Shown: positions 17,872 through 27,647 of the stretch, piece by piece
Layout of the letters: every line of letters begins with the position of its first letter
Position numbering within the stretch: position 1 is the first letter of the stretch
Assembly (NCBI GenBank): GCA_023380755.1
Contig: JAMCSD010000006.1
Coordinates: 39,841-103,840 of the forward strand
DNA: 64,000 bases
Direction: 5' to 3'
Source: Patescibacteria group bacterium
GTDB lineage: Bacteria; Patescibacteriota; Microgenomatia; UBA12405
The notes under the pieces: model-generated
Database searches by the model: none
What the model was told of the DNA's origin: nothing
What the model saw: the letters and a program-made list of their open reading frames with translations, nothing else
Program-made: the position numbers and the translations under genes

Positions 17872-18159
17872 TTAATTGCTGCTATCCTGGTTTAATTGGT
17901 TAGTTGGTGGTGCTGGAAAACCCATATTGTTCAGGTGCCATTTAAACTCTTCTATAGTGCCTTCGCAACTACAAAGGTAGTCTATTGCCCCAACACTCCA
18001 TCGACTTATTAAATCAAACAATTTCCGATAGTCTTCGTCATTCTCTGCTTGACCACGATGATATATTAAGAAATCAATTTTATATTTTGCAGGTAGTTTT
18101 TCAACGAACATAAAGTCAAAAGCCCTCTCGTTTAATTTATTTATATTTTCAATTATCAT
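17872..18159 (-). CDS. hypothetical protein (island)
   Basis: 95-aa ATG ORF. Confidence 0.6.
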   Translation of the reverse strand: MIIENINKLNERAFDFMFVEKLPAKYKIDFLIYHRGQAENDEDYRKLFDLISRWSVGAIDYLCSCEGTIEEFKWHLNNMGFPAPPTNQLNQDSSN

Positions 18160-18212
18160 AATTTGTTAAATTAATAATATTTTTTCCTAAGTTTTATCGT
18201 TACATATTAATA

Positions 18213-18584
18213 TCACCTCCTAAAATTTGTCTTAAGACCCCAATTTTTAAGAATTGCTATAAAATACGGAGGTTTCTTGGTTCTAATTCTTCCTTGATTC
18301 TCGGCTTCAATGACAAAACTCAACGCCTCAAATAATTTATCAATCGGATTATTTTTGGCCAAAAGCAAATAATAACGGTAGCTTCTTTCATCATCTAACT
18401 TGGTAGATAGTTCTTTTGCTGCTGCCTCTGGCTCATAAACAAACTGGGACAATAACTGATCTACGGAATCCTTCTCTTTAGAAGAAACAGTATAACTGTT
18501 TACTGTATTGTTAATATCCTTATTACTGTTAACAGTTAACTGTTCTCTTCGTTCAAGGACTTCCTTAATCATTTCAGTGGTCAT
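18213..18584 (-). CDS. hypothetical protein, resembles the C-terminal part of a replication initiator
   Basis: Low-complexity TVNS repeats, then a helical domain ending KKPPYFIAILKNW. Confidence 0.45.
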   Translation of the reverse strand: MTTEMIKEVLERREQLTVNSNKDINNTVNSYTVSSKEKDSVDQLLSQFVYEPEAAAKELSTKLDDERSYRYYLLLAKNNPIDKLFEALSFVIEAENQGRIRTKKPPYFIAILKNWGLKTNFRR

Positions 18585-18811
18585 ATCTCCACCTCCAAAA
18601 ACGCCTTTAACGCTTTTATCGAATCGGGCATATTTTCATAAACGCCTTTATTGGTCCACCCCTTTGCATAAGTGACACATACGTTAATTAGGCAATTTGA
18701 AAATTTATTAGCTTTTAGAAAATGATTAATTCTTCTTCTTTTGCAACTCCCGACTCTTTTTACCTTTCCGTTACTGTAAACAATTTTGATTTGAATTTTA
18801 GGTTTGTTCAT
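18581..18811 (-). CDS. small basic hypothetical protein
   Basis: 76 aa; 4-nt overlap with the next gene. Confidence 0.6.
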   Translation of the reverse strand: MNKPKIQIKIVYSNGKVKRVGSCKRRRINHFLKANKFSNCLINVCVTYAKGWTNKGVYENMPDSIKALKAFLEVEI

Positions 18812-18839
18812 TTTAATATTTCCAAATTTATGTTTGGCT

Positions 18840-18986
18840 CTACCTTTTTGGCAGTCCTGTTATCAACGCCATAAGCTCTAAAAAATTAATTGCTCTCACC
18901 TCTGCTTCTTCAAAACTAAGAACCTCTCCAAATTTCCGTTCATAAATTTCCTTAAACTGGATAACAGCTTCTTTGGGAAAGTTCAT
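18840..18986 (-). CDS. small hypothetical protein (48 aa, not in ORF track)
   Basis: MNFPKEAVIQFKEIYERKFGEVLSFEEAEVRAINFLELMALITGLPKR*; ATGA overlap with the upstream gene. Confidence 0.65.
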   Translation of the reverse strand: MNFPKEAVIQFKEIYERKFGEVLSFEEAEVRAINFLELMALITGLPKR

Positions 18987-19225
18987 ATCCGGCTATAAAT
19001 ACGGGTCTTGATCTCGCTAAGTTTGCGGAAGTAATCAAGTGGAGAAACCTTTAACTCTCCGCTCCAATACATTTCAATGAGTTTTTCTAGTTCAGGAGTT
19101 TTTTTAAATGTGAAATAAACTTTTCGGGGATCGCTATTGTCTAATGACTCAATTGGTTGATATAAAGATAAAGTAGCCGTTAATGATAGGTCCGAGGTAA
19201 TAAAAGCGTTTTCATTATTCTTCAT
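18983..19225 (-). CDS. DUF5659-like protein
   Basis: TSDLSLTATL...KVYFTF...YWSGELKVSP...IKTRIY pattern, as I recall it for DUF5659. Confidence 0.65.
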   Translation of the reverse strand: MKNNENAFITSDLSLTATLSLYQPIESLDNSDPRKVYFTFKKTPELEKLIEMYWSGELKVSPLDYFRKLSEIKTRIYSRI

Positions 19226-19317
19226 AACTTAATGAAGAATAAGACCATAGGATGGGCTAATCTATAGTCGTTGATTATTACCGTGTTAGTCGTTCGTTAG
19301 CTGTTCAGCTTGTGAGA

Positions 19318-20004
19318 TTATTTAGTTCTGAGATAGTATTTTTTGTCTGCCGCAAGAAATAGTTTTGATAATTCACCATCCATATTTAATTTTCGCTTTA
19401 TATTGTAAATAGCTTGTTGAACTCGAAGTTCGTCGCAATCTTTAACTTCGTCATCCAAGAACTTATTAATTATTTGTAGGTAACTTAGAACATGAGTTGG
19501 CTCTTCGAGAAATGCTTTGAAGATTCTATATAAGCCGTCATTTGTATCGAAGTCATATCTATTATCAAGACAATATGCTTCTCCTGTAAAAGTATGCAAA
19601 CAAAAAATTCCATAACTAATTATTAGTTTCTTGTCATTTATCCATTCATAGAGATGTTCGATAAAACTAGGATTCTTCACAACAACCGTAGCGATAAAAG
19701 AACCATCATCATCTTCACAATAATTAAATTCTTTTGGTCTAGCTAAGACTTGTAATCTAATGAGTTCATCAATTAATAAACAATCATCTTTTTCAAAACA
19801 CGAATCAAAACCTTCATCGTGTAAATTGGGATTCTCAGCAATCTCGTTCATTCTTTTGTTTGCTAAAGGAAGATATACCGACACTGTATTTATTTCGGTT
19901 CTTTTCTCATAGATATAGCGAACCACGTTTCCAAGCTCTTCATTTAAGATTAGTTTTCGCAATAAATACGAAATACCCTGTTTTTCATCACTCTTAATCT
20001 TCAT
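19318..20004 (-). CDS. hypothetical protein with a possible C-terminal winged HTH
   Basis: C-terminus VLSYLQI...VQQAIYNIKRKL...YYL resembles OmpR-type wHTH. Confidence 0.5.
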   Translation of the reverse strand: MKIKSDEKQGISYLLRKLILNEELGNVVRYIYEKRTEINTVSVYLPLANKRMNEIAENPNLHDEGFDSCFEKDDCLLIDELIRLQVLARPKEFNYCEDDDGSFIATVVVKNPSFIEHLYEWINDKKLIISYGIFCLHTFTGEAYCLDNRYDFDTNDGLYRIFKAFLEEPTHVLSYLQIINKFLDDEVKDCDELRVQQAIYNIKRKLNMDGELSKLFLAADKKYYLRTK

Positions 20005-20114
20005 CTACTTCGCATTATATCGAAAAGCCAGCCTATAAATCACTTTTTGTGGTAACATAAAATTGTCCTCACAATCTGTTTACCTAAACCTTCAAAAAAG
20101 GCATGGTAAGAAAT

Positions 20115-20228
20115 CCGAGTTAAGAGACGGAAGCTCTCCGTCTAGCTTTCCTTAACTCGGTCATATACCGAAAGGTGTATGGGTTTGGTGCGAAAGTGCC
20201 AACCGGCTAGCGGGGAGCTTTTATTTTT
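20115..20228 (+). ncRNA. candidate structured RNA / attenuator
   Basis: Nested stems, two GAAA-tetraloop hairpins, and an alternative long stem followed by a U-tract. Confidence 0.5.
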
Positions 20229-20247
20229 CCCCGATCTTACAAAAAAT

Positions 20248-20451
20248 ATGAAAATGATATCGGTCTGGGGATTATGTTTGATAATAGTTTTTGGAAGCTT
20301 ATTCTATTGGTTTCAATTAAGACCTAGTCAGATTAGAAGTACTTGTCAAAAAGAAACGATAAGCAAAATAAAGGATGTAAACGGTGCCACCACCGACACT
20401 TATGAATTAGCCTACAAGTTTTGTTTAAGAGGAAAAGGAATAGAGAAATAG
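20248..20451 (+). CDS. small membrane protein
   Basis: TM helix, then FYWFQLRPSQIRSTC...YKFCLRGKG. Confidence 0.65.
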   Translation: MKMISVWGLCLIIVFGSLFYWFQLRPSQIRSTCQKETISKIKDVNGATTDTYELAYKFCLRGKGIEK

Positions 20452-20453
20452 TT

Positions 20454-20639
20454 ATGAATAATAAAGTTACTATACTTGGAGAGGTAATTACCAAAAAAGA
20501 TTTACCTAAGCTCTATAAATGGGCCAAAGAAAACCCCGCAACCTTAGTGGAACAACTTAAAAGCATTGCCGATAAATGGCATGAAGGCAACATTCGGTCA
20601 GCTTTAATCGCTTTTGAAATGGATTTAGAAAGAATATGA
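20454..20639 (+). CDS. small hypothetical protein
   Basis: Coupled to both neighbours (2-nt gap, ATGA overlap). Confidence 0.6.
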   Translation: MNNKVTILGEVITKKDLPKLYKWAKENPATLVEQLKSIADKWHEGNIRSALIAFEMDLERI

Positions 20640-21148
20640 AAATAAAAAAAGATAAAGTCGATTCTAAAGAGCTTTGTCGGCTAGCTTTCAAGTTATATGA
20701 GGAGAATACTGACCCATTAAAATGGGAGATTCTAAGAAACTTTCTTAAATACGCCTACGAAGCTATTCCAGAAAAACAAAGACATTTAGTTCTTGGAAAT
20801 ATGGACCTTCATGATGGCCCTATCCGTGATATTGTCTATAACGAACATAATATCGTTAATTGGGACTATAGAAAATTTATTGCTGATAACGGAGATTTAT
20901 TCCTTCCAAGTTTTGATGGTTTCCATAAAAGGATAGAAGTTGCTAGACAATCAACAAGTAATGAACCGCTGGATTACGTCAAAGATAAAAAGATGTTTGA
21001 GGAAGCGGTTAATCTTGCTCAACAAACAGAATCAATGACTATAGTTACTCTAATGAAGCATTTCAAAATCAGCTTTGCTCGGGCAGTAGAACTAGCAAAG
21101 GAACTAAAAGCAGCTAGGGTGATTACCCACGAAGTTAAGTACTCTTAG
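20636..21148 (+). CDS. protein with a C-terminal FtsK-gamma-like domain
   Basis: MFEEAVNLAQQTESMTIVTLMKHFKISFARAVELAKELKAARVI matches the FtsK-gamma pattern. Confidence 0.6.
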   Translation: MKIKKDKVDSKELCRLAFKLYEENTDPLKWEILRNFLKYAYEAIPEKQRHLVLGNMDLHDGPIRDIVYNEHNIVNWDYRKFIADNGDLFLPSFDGFHKRIEVARQSTSNEPLDYVKDKKMFEEAVNLAQQTESMTIVTLMKHFKISFARAVELAKELKAARVITHEVKYS

Positions 21149-21629
21149 TTTCCCTTTCTGCTTTCTGTTGGGCTTTAAATTTCATAAATGGCTCATAATC
21201 CTCACCAAAGGCCAATTTAGTCAATTCCTCGTCAGACAAATCATCAAGTCCGTCCCTCCGATTAATATCTAACTTATTTGGTGCATATTTACCTTTGAGT
21301 TTGTAATAGGTATCGATCGCCGACAGTTTGACTCGTAAATTAGAAAATTGATTTATCAAGAAAAGTAATTGCTTTTCAACAAATCCATCATCAAATCCAT
21401 ATTCCTTTAGCTTTAGATTCAGATAAGCACAAATGTTAGGTTTTGTAAGGTTTTCCGAAGCTATTGATGAAGCTAGTTTACGATTTCCATTTACTTTATA
21501 TCCGGCTCCTTCTACTGCTGATATAGAGTCACCTTTTGTTTTTAAATAGCCATCACAGAATAGCTTTTGTTTAAGGTTTAGCTCGTAGTTTTTATAATCC
21601 AAACCACGAAATTTTAATAACTGACTCAT
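21135..21629 (-). CDS. terminase small subunit-like protein
   Basis: LNLKQKLFCDGYL...AVEGAGY...ASENLTKPNI is the TerS N-terminal HTH signature. Confidence 0.8.
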   Translation of the reverse strand: MSQLLKFRGLDYKNYELNLKQKLFCDGYLKTKGDSISAVEGAGYKVNGNRKLASSIASENLTKPNICAYLNLKLKEYGFDDGFVEKQLLFLINQFSNLRVKLSAIDTYYKLKGKYAPNKLDINRRDGLDDLSDEELTKLAFGEDYEPFMKFKAQQKAERETKST

Positions 21630-21721
21630 AAATAATTTTACCAGCAATTACAAACCTACAGGCTGATTCTAAGTGGTAAGATATAAGCAGTAATTAGAGA
21701 GAAAATTAATATTACAAATAC

Positions 21722-24700
21722 ATGACTTTTAATGAAAATACCAGGGTAAAAATACCCGCTTTGATTCATCTTACTCGGCTCGGTTATACGTATTTCTCCC
21801 TAAAGGATAATAGTCACCAAATTGATTCCGAAACCAGCATTATTACAGATATTTTTAATGAACAAATCCAAAAGCTAAATCCTAACGTCACAAAAGATTC
21901 TATTGCTCTAGAACTTCAAAACATAAAAGAAGAACTAAATTTCGATGATTTGGGTAGAGCGTTCTATAAACGCCTAATTGGTAAAGGAAACGGAAATCTA
22001 AGACTTATAGATTGGGATAGATTTAACAACAACCTCTTCCATATAACTACTGAATTAGCAAATAAAAATGGCGAAGATGAGTTCCGGCCAGACATTACAG
22101 TTTTTATAAATGGTCTTCCGCTATCTTTTATTGAAGTTAAGATACCAAACAACCCTGAAGGTATTAAAGCCGAACGGGACCGAATAAATTCTCGTCTAAA
22201 GAATGAGAAATTCCGTTGCTTTACAAATATAACTCAACTAATCGTATTTTCTAATAATATGGAGTACGACGACACCGACATTAATAAACTTCAGGGAGCT
22301 TTTTATACCACCACAGCCAAAGGTACTGATACCATCTTCAACAATTTTAGGGAACAAAAGAAATCGGAATTAATCGACGATGTAAAGGATATAGACGAAA
22401 CTTTACAGGACTTTATTCTAACTGATAATAACTGCCGAGTAATAAAAAATTCTCCAGAATTTTTGTCAAACAAGGATATTGATACTCCAACTAATCGGAT
22501 TATGACTTCTTTATACACTAAACACAGATTGGGAGATTTACTTAAATATGGCATTTGTTATGTTAATGAAATTGATGAAAAGACAGGCAAGGTCACCATT
22601 CAAAAACACATAATGCGTTATCCGCAATTTTTTGCCACAAAAGCCATAAGGACCAGACTCGAAGAAGGAAGTAATAAAGGTGTAATTTGGCATACTCAAG
22701 GATCTGGAAAAACTGCCTTGTCGTTTTACAACGTTAGCTCTCTTAGAGACTATTTTGCCAAAAAGGGGATTGTTCCAAAATTCTACTTTATTGTTGATCG
22801 TCTTGATTTGGCCACACAAGCGAAGGACGAGTTCAGTAAACGAGGATTAGCTGTAAAGACTATTGATAACAAACAAGCTTTGCTAGAAGACTTTAGGACC
22901 AATACCACAACAGAAGGGATAACCGTTTTGAATATCCATAAGTTTCGAGAAGATACCGTAGCTATCGACGATAGCGGTTATAATATTCACCTACGTCGTG
23001 TCTTTTTCATAGACGAGGCTCATCGAAGCTATGATCCGAAAGGATCTTTTTTGGCAAACCTTTATAACTCGGATAAAAATTCAATCAAAATCGCACTTAC
23101 CGGTACCCCCCTGATTATCTACAAAGACCACGATAAAAAGGGTAATGTTGTTGATTCCGTTCAAAAAGAAGATAAAAAAACCACACGTAATATATTCGGC
23201 GACTACATTCATAAATATTATTACAATGACTCAATTCGTGATGGTTATACTTTAAAGCTTTTGCGAGAAGAAATTGAAACTAGTTATAAAGAAAAAGTCC
23301 AGGGCATAATTAACGACATTAAAGTTCAATCGGGAATCATAAACAGACAAGAATTGTTCGCACATCCCAAATTCGTTTCTTCCATGCTGGATTATATTAT
23401 TGACGATTTCGCCAACTCCCGTATTCGTTTTGGCGAAATGTCCATCGGAGGCATGGTGGTTTGTGATAGTTCTGAACAAGCCAGAGAGATGTACGATCAA
23501 TTCAATAAATCAGCTAATAGCCACAATTTGGTAGCCGCCCTTATACTCCACGATGAAGATGATAAGGAGATTCGCAGAACTAAGATTAAAGCATTTAAAG
23601 ACGGTAAAATCGATCTTCTATTCGTCTACTCCATGCTACTCACTGGGTTTGATTCTCCAAGACTTAAAAAATTATATTTAGGTCGCAAGATTCGAGCTCA
23701 CAATTTATTACAGACTCTTACTAGAGTTAATCGCCCCTACAAAAACTTCAAGCTTGGATACGTTGTTGACTTTGCTGATATATCAGAAGAGTTTGAAGTT
23801 ACCAACCAGGCATACTTTCGAGAACTTAAAGAAGAGTACAGGGATAATCTTGACGGTGAAGATCCAAATAATATATTTGGGTCATTGTTTATGAGCAAAG
23901 CTGAGATTGACCAGCAGATTGCTCAAATCCAACTAGCGATTGCTGACTTTTCAACTGAAAATTTAGAAACTTTTAGTCGTCAAGTATCAGCCATTGATGA
24001 TCGCAAACAGATTCTTAAGCTTAAAAATGCCCTTGAATCTGCCATGGATATTTATAACGTAGCTCGACTCCTAGGTTATACCGAGATCTTAGAAAAACTA
24101 GACTTCAAACTTCTCTCGAAACTGTTGACTATGGTGGCTAATCGGCTCAAGCTTCTTAATCTCAAAGAAGCTATGGGTGACGTCAATTCAAAGGAACTAC
24201 TAAATACAGCAATCGAAGATGTAGTTTTTATTTTTACTAAAACCGGAGAAGAAGAACTGAAACTAGTTTCTGAGGACCTTCACAATATTGCTGGTAAAGT
24301 CCGTTCTGAACTTGAAAAAAACTTTAACAAAAAAGATCCAGAATGGCTAAATTTATATCAAGCATTTTTAGAATTACTACATAAACACAACATTGATCCT
24401 AATGCGGATAATCTAGATAACATGAAATTTGAATCGGAGGAATTAAAGCACATTTTTGACCAGATAAAGGAACTTAACCGGAAAAATGCCATGTTGCTAG
24501 AGAAATTTAAAGGTGATCACAAATTCGCAGTCGTCTATAAAAACATTCAGTCTTCTGGAAAAGTGAGCGACAATTTACCTCTTTATAATTTACTATGTGA
24601 CGCTAAGGGCAAAATTGATACTCGACTTAAAAACTTGAATTTACTTTCCAACGACGGTTATTTTCGTCAATGTGTCGGGGAAGATGTTTTAACAAGTTTT

Positions 24701-24793
24701 CAGGGCGGTAAGTACCAATTTGACGCTGATATACTTAAAAATCTTATTAGCTATACCTCGGATGAATATTTAGCCGAGTATCAAGGAGAATAA
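21722..24793 (+). CDS. hsdR: type I restriction endonuclease subunit R
   Basis: RPDITVFINGLPLSFIEVK, WHTQGSGKT, IDEAHRS, LTGTP, MLLTGFD, QTLTRVNR. Confidence 0.97.
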   Translation: MTFNENTRVKIPALIHLTRLGYTYFSLKDNSHQIDSETSIITDIFNEQIQKLNPNVTKDSIALELQNIKEELNFDDLGRAFYKRLIGKGNGNLRLIDWDRFNNNLFHITTELANKNGEDEFRPDITVFINGLPLSFIEVKIPNNPEGIKAERDRINSRLKNEKFRCFTNITQLIVFSNNMEYDDTDINKLQGAFYTTTAKGTDTIFNNFREQKKSELIDDVKDIDETLQDFILTDNNCRVIKNSPEFLSNKDIDTPTNRIMTSLYTKHRLGDLLKYGICYVNEIDEKTGKVTIQKHIMRYPQFFATKAIRTRLEEGSNKGVIWHTQGSGKTALSFYNVSSLRDYFAKKGIVPKFYFIVDRLDLATQAKDEFSKRGLAVKTIDNKQALLEDFRTNTTTEGITVLNIHKFREDTVAIDDSGYNIHLRRVFFIDEAHRSYDPKGSFLANLYNSDKNSIKIALTGTPLIIYKDHDKKGNVVDSVQKEDKKTTRNIFGDYIHKYYYNDSIRDGYTLKLLREEIETSYKEKVQGIINDIKVQSGIINRQELFAHPKFVSSMLDYIIDDFANSRIRFGEMSIGGMVVCDSSEQAREMYDQFNKSANSHNLVAALILHDEDDKEIRRTKIKAFKDGKIDLLFVYSMLLTGFDSPRLKKLYLGRKIRAHNLLQTLTRVNRPYKNFKLGYVVDFADISEEFEVTNQAYFRELKEEYRDNLDGEDPNNIFGSLFMSKAEIDQQIAQIQLAIADFSTENLETFSRQVSAIDDRKQILKLKNALESAMDIYNVARLLGYTEILEKLDFKLLSKLLTMVANRLKLLNLKEAMGDVNSKELLNTAIEDVVFIFTKTGEEELKLVSEDLHNIAGKVRSELEKNFNKKDPEWLNLYQAFLELLHKHNIDPNADNLDNMKFESEELKHIFDQIKELNRKNAMLLEKFKGDHKFAVVYKNIQSSGKVSDNLPLYNLLCDAKGKIDTRLKNLNLLSNDGYFRQCVGEDVLTSFQGGKYQFDADILKNLISYTSDEYLAEYQGE

Positions 24794-24796
24794 TAT

Positions 24797-26410
24797 ATGG
24801 TCATTACTGACTTTTCAAATAAAGCCAAACAATTAATCGATGATATTAAGGGGGTTTGTACCAGTGCTGGTCTAGGTGGTGAAGCTAATGAGTATAAAAT
24901 TGTTACCCAAAGCTTTCTATACAAGTTCCTAAACGATAAGTTTTTGTATGAAATTGGTAAGATAAATCCCAGTCTCAAGTCTTATGAAGATTTAAAAAAA
25001 CTAGATGATAATGACTATAAACTATTAATAATTAACCTCGGTACAAAAGCAGCCCATCTTAAGCCCGAGCACCTTCTTGAGTACTTATTCAGCCACCAAA
25101 ATGAGCAAAGCTTTGCTAAGACATTTGATGATACTCTCAATGATATTGCCGTGGACAATTCGGAAATTTTTTCAGTTCATACTTCTGGTAACACTGAAAT
25201 TCGCTTGTTCGAGGAAAGACTTATACAAGGTTCTGTCAACGACATCTCAAAACATGACGAAACAGCCCGCTTGCTTGTAAATAAACTGACAAATAGTAAA
25301 TTCAACTTTGAGTCTATATTTTCGGCCGGTTTTGACTTTTTCTCGACCTTATTTGAGTATATGATTAGAGACTACAATAAGGACGGTGGTAGCAAGTACG
25401 CCGAATATTTCACTCCTCACTCAGTGGCCAAGATTATGGCCGAAATACTAGTTGGCAATAGCAATCTGGCCAATGTGAATGCTTATGATCCGGCGGCAGG
25501 TTCTGGAACTCTCCTAATGAATATCGCCCATAAGATTGGCACTGACAAATGTACAATTTTCTCACAGGATATTTCTCAGAAGTCATCTAACTTACTACGA
25601 CTTAACCTTATTTTAAATAATTTAAGCCATTCTATAGACCACATTGTCCAAGGTAATACTTTAACCGAACCAAAACACATTACAAAAAAATTTGACTTTG
25701 TTGTTAGCAATCCTCCATTTAAAATCGATTTCTCTGATGATCATAGTAAAATTTCAAGTCTTCCAAATTTCAACGATCGCTTTTTTGCCGGCATTCCTAA
25801 AATTCCTAAAAAAGAAAAAGATAAAATGGCAATTTATTTGCTTTTCATCCAGCATATTCTGTTTAGTTTATCTGATGATGGCCGAGCGGCTATAGTTGTA
25901 CCAACCGGCTTTTTAACCGCGGGAAATGGAATTGAGAAAAAAATAAAAGAAACGTTAATAAACAAAAAATGGTTAAAGGGTGTAGTATCAATGCCATCCA
26001 ATATTTTTGCTACCACAAACACAAATGTCTCAGTGCTTTTCATAGACAAAAATAATTCAAATAAAGTTGTCCTTGTTGATGGCTCCAAACTTGGAACAAA
26101 AGTTAAAGATGGTAAAAAACAAAAAACTCTTCTAAGTCCTGAAGAGGAACAAAAAATAATAAACGCATTTGAGGCAGGAAAGGCGATAGACGGTTTCTCA
26201 GTTATGCTTGACTATGAAGACATAACAGCTAAAAACTACAGCTTTAGTGCAGGCCAATATTTTGATATTAAAATTGAGTACATCGATATTACATCCGAGC
26301 AGTTTGAAACAAAAATCTTAGAATATAAAGAAAATCTGTCCAAGTTGTTTAATGATACTAATGCGTTAGACTCTGAGATTTTGACGAATTTAGACAAGTT
26401 GAAGTTATGA
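24797..26410 (+). CDS. hsdM: type I RM methyltransferase subunit M (N6-adenine)
   Basis: AEYFTP, YDPAAGSG, VSNPPF. Confidence 0.96.
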   Translation: MVITDFSNKAKQLIDDIKGVCTSAGLGGEANEYKIVTQSFLYKFLNDKFLYEIGKINPSLKSYEDLKKLDDNDYKLLIINLGTKAAHLKPEHLLEYLFSHQNEQSFAKTFDDTLNDIAVDNSEIFSVHTSGNTEIRLFEERLIQGSVNDISKHDETARLLVNKLTNSKFNFESIFSAGFDFFSTLFEYMIRDYNKDGGSKYAEYFTPHSVAKIMAEILVGNSNLANVNAYDPAAGSGTLLMNIAHKIGTDKCTIFSQDISQKSSNLLRLNLILNNLSHSIDHIVQGNTLTEPKHITKKFDFVVSNPPFKIDFSDDHSKISSLPNFNDRFFAGIPKIPKKEKDKMAIYLLFIQHILFSLSDDGRAAIVVPTGFLTAGNGIEKKIKETLINKKWLKGVVSMPSNIFATTNTNVSVLFIDKNNSNKVVLVDGSKLGTKVKDGKKQKTLLSPEEEQKIINAFEAGKAIDGFSVMLDYEDITAKNYSFSAGQYFDIKIEYIDITSEQFETKILEYKENLSKLFNDTNALDSEILTNLDKLKL

Positions 26411-27642
26411 CTATTAACCTAAAGCAAACTAGAATTGGTGAAGTAATGTCTTTTCAGAGAGGATATGACTTAACTCATAATCAAATGTTGGGTGGAAATG
26501 TACCTGTTGTGGGGTCTAGTGACATTATTGGTTATCATAATAAAGTAAAAAAAACTGCACCCGTTCTACTCATAGGTAGAAGCGGAACTGTTGGTAGACC
26601 TCAATATTATAATCAGAACATTTGGCCGCATAACACCACATTATTTGTAACCGATTTTCATGGTAATGTACCAAAATATTGCTATTACCTTCTGAAGGTA
26701 TTGAATTTAGAGGATTATGCTAATTCTACTGGTGTTCCGACACTAAACAGAAATTTCATTCACCCGTTGAAGGTTAATATTCATGAAGTACCTCAGCAAG
26801 TTGCTATAGCTAATATTCTTTCAAGTTTGGACCACAAAATCGATACAAACAATAAAATCAGTAACGAACTGGAGAAGATGGCAAAAACGATTTATGATTA
26901 TTGGTTTGTCCAATTCGACTTCCCTTGCGAAAACGGCAAACCATATAAATCTAGTGGTGGGAAAATGATTTGGAACGAAGTTTTAAAAAGAAATATTCCA
27001 GAAGGTTGGGAATCAGATAAATTAAAAGGCCTTATAAATTTTGATAGAGGTATTTCATATACAAGTAAGGATATTGAAAGTCAAAGCGGTATTCCAATGA
27101 TTAATCTCGCTTCGATAGATATATGTAGAAATTATCGGCCTAATGAACTTAAGTTTTTTTCTGGGAAATATAACCCAACATCATTAATAAAACATGGAGA
27201 TATGTTGATCGCTTGTACTGATTTGACAAGAAACGCTGATATTATTGGATCTCCGATAATTGTGCCCATGGAATACAAGGAATATTTGTTTTCAATGGAT
27301 TTAGCAAAACTAAATATCATCACAAATAGACTTTTAGAAAATTATCTTTACATGACACTTAGAACTAGTTTTTATCATAATTACATAAAATATTTTGCTT
27401 CGGGTACAAACGTGCTTCACTTAAATCTCGACGGAATTTTATGGTATCCGATTGTTGTTCCACCAATCCCCATACAACAAAAGTTTTCACTTATTTTTAA
27501 GGAACTAATTGATAAACAAGCGTTAATTTTAAACGAAACGGAAACTTTGTCTTCATTGCGTGACTGGCTCCTGCCAATGCTTATGAATGGTCAAGTGACA
27601 GTAAGAGAAGTTGGTGGGGAAATTGAATCGAGATTCCAATAA
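26407..27642 (+). CDS. hsdS: type I RM specificity subunit S
   Basis: Two TRDs with conserved spacers (QQVAIANILSSLDHKI, IPEGW, LRDWLLPMLMNGQV). Confidence 0.96.
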   Translation: MTINLKQTRIGEVMSFQRGYDLTHNQMLGGNVPVVGSSDIIGYHNKVKKTAPVLLIGRSGTVGRPQYYNQNIWPHNTTLFVTDFHGNVPKYCYYLLKVLNLEDYANSTGVPTLNRNFIHPLKVNIHEVPQQVAIANILSSLDHKIDTNNKISNELEKMAKTIYDYWFVQFDFPCENGKPYKSSGGKMIWNEVLKRNIPEGWESDKLKGLINFDRGISYTSKDIESQSGIPMINLASIDICRNYRPNELKFFSGKYNPTSLIKHGDMLIACTDLTRNADIIGSPIIVPMEYKEYLFSMDLAKLNIITNRLLENYLYMTLRTSFYHNYIKYFASGTNVLHLNLDGILWYPIVVPPIPIQQKFSLIFKELIDKQALILNETETLSSLRDWLLPMLMNGQVTVREVGGEIESRFQ

Positions 27643-27647
27643 AAAAT

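Noticed and set aside
20179..20247. Upstream start for the small membrane protein
   Set aside because: It runs through the structured RNA candidate and its U-tract; ATG 20248, just before the TM helix, fits better.
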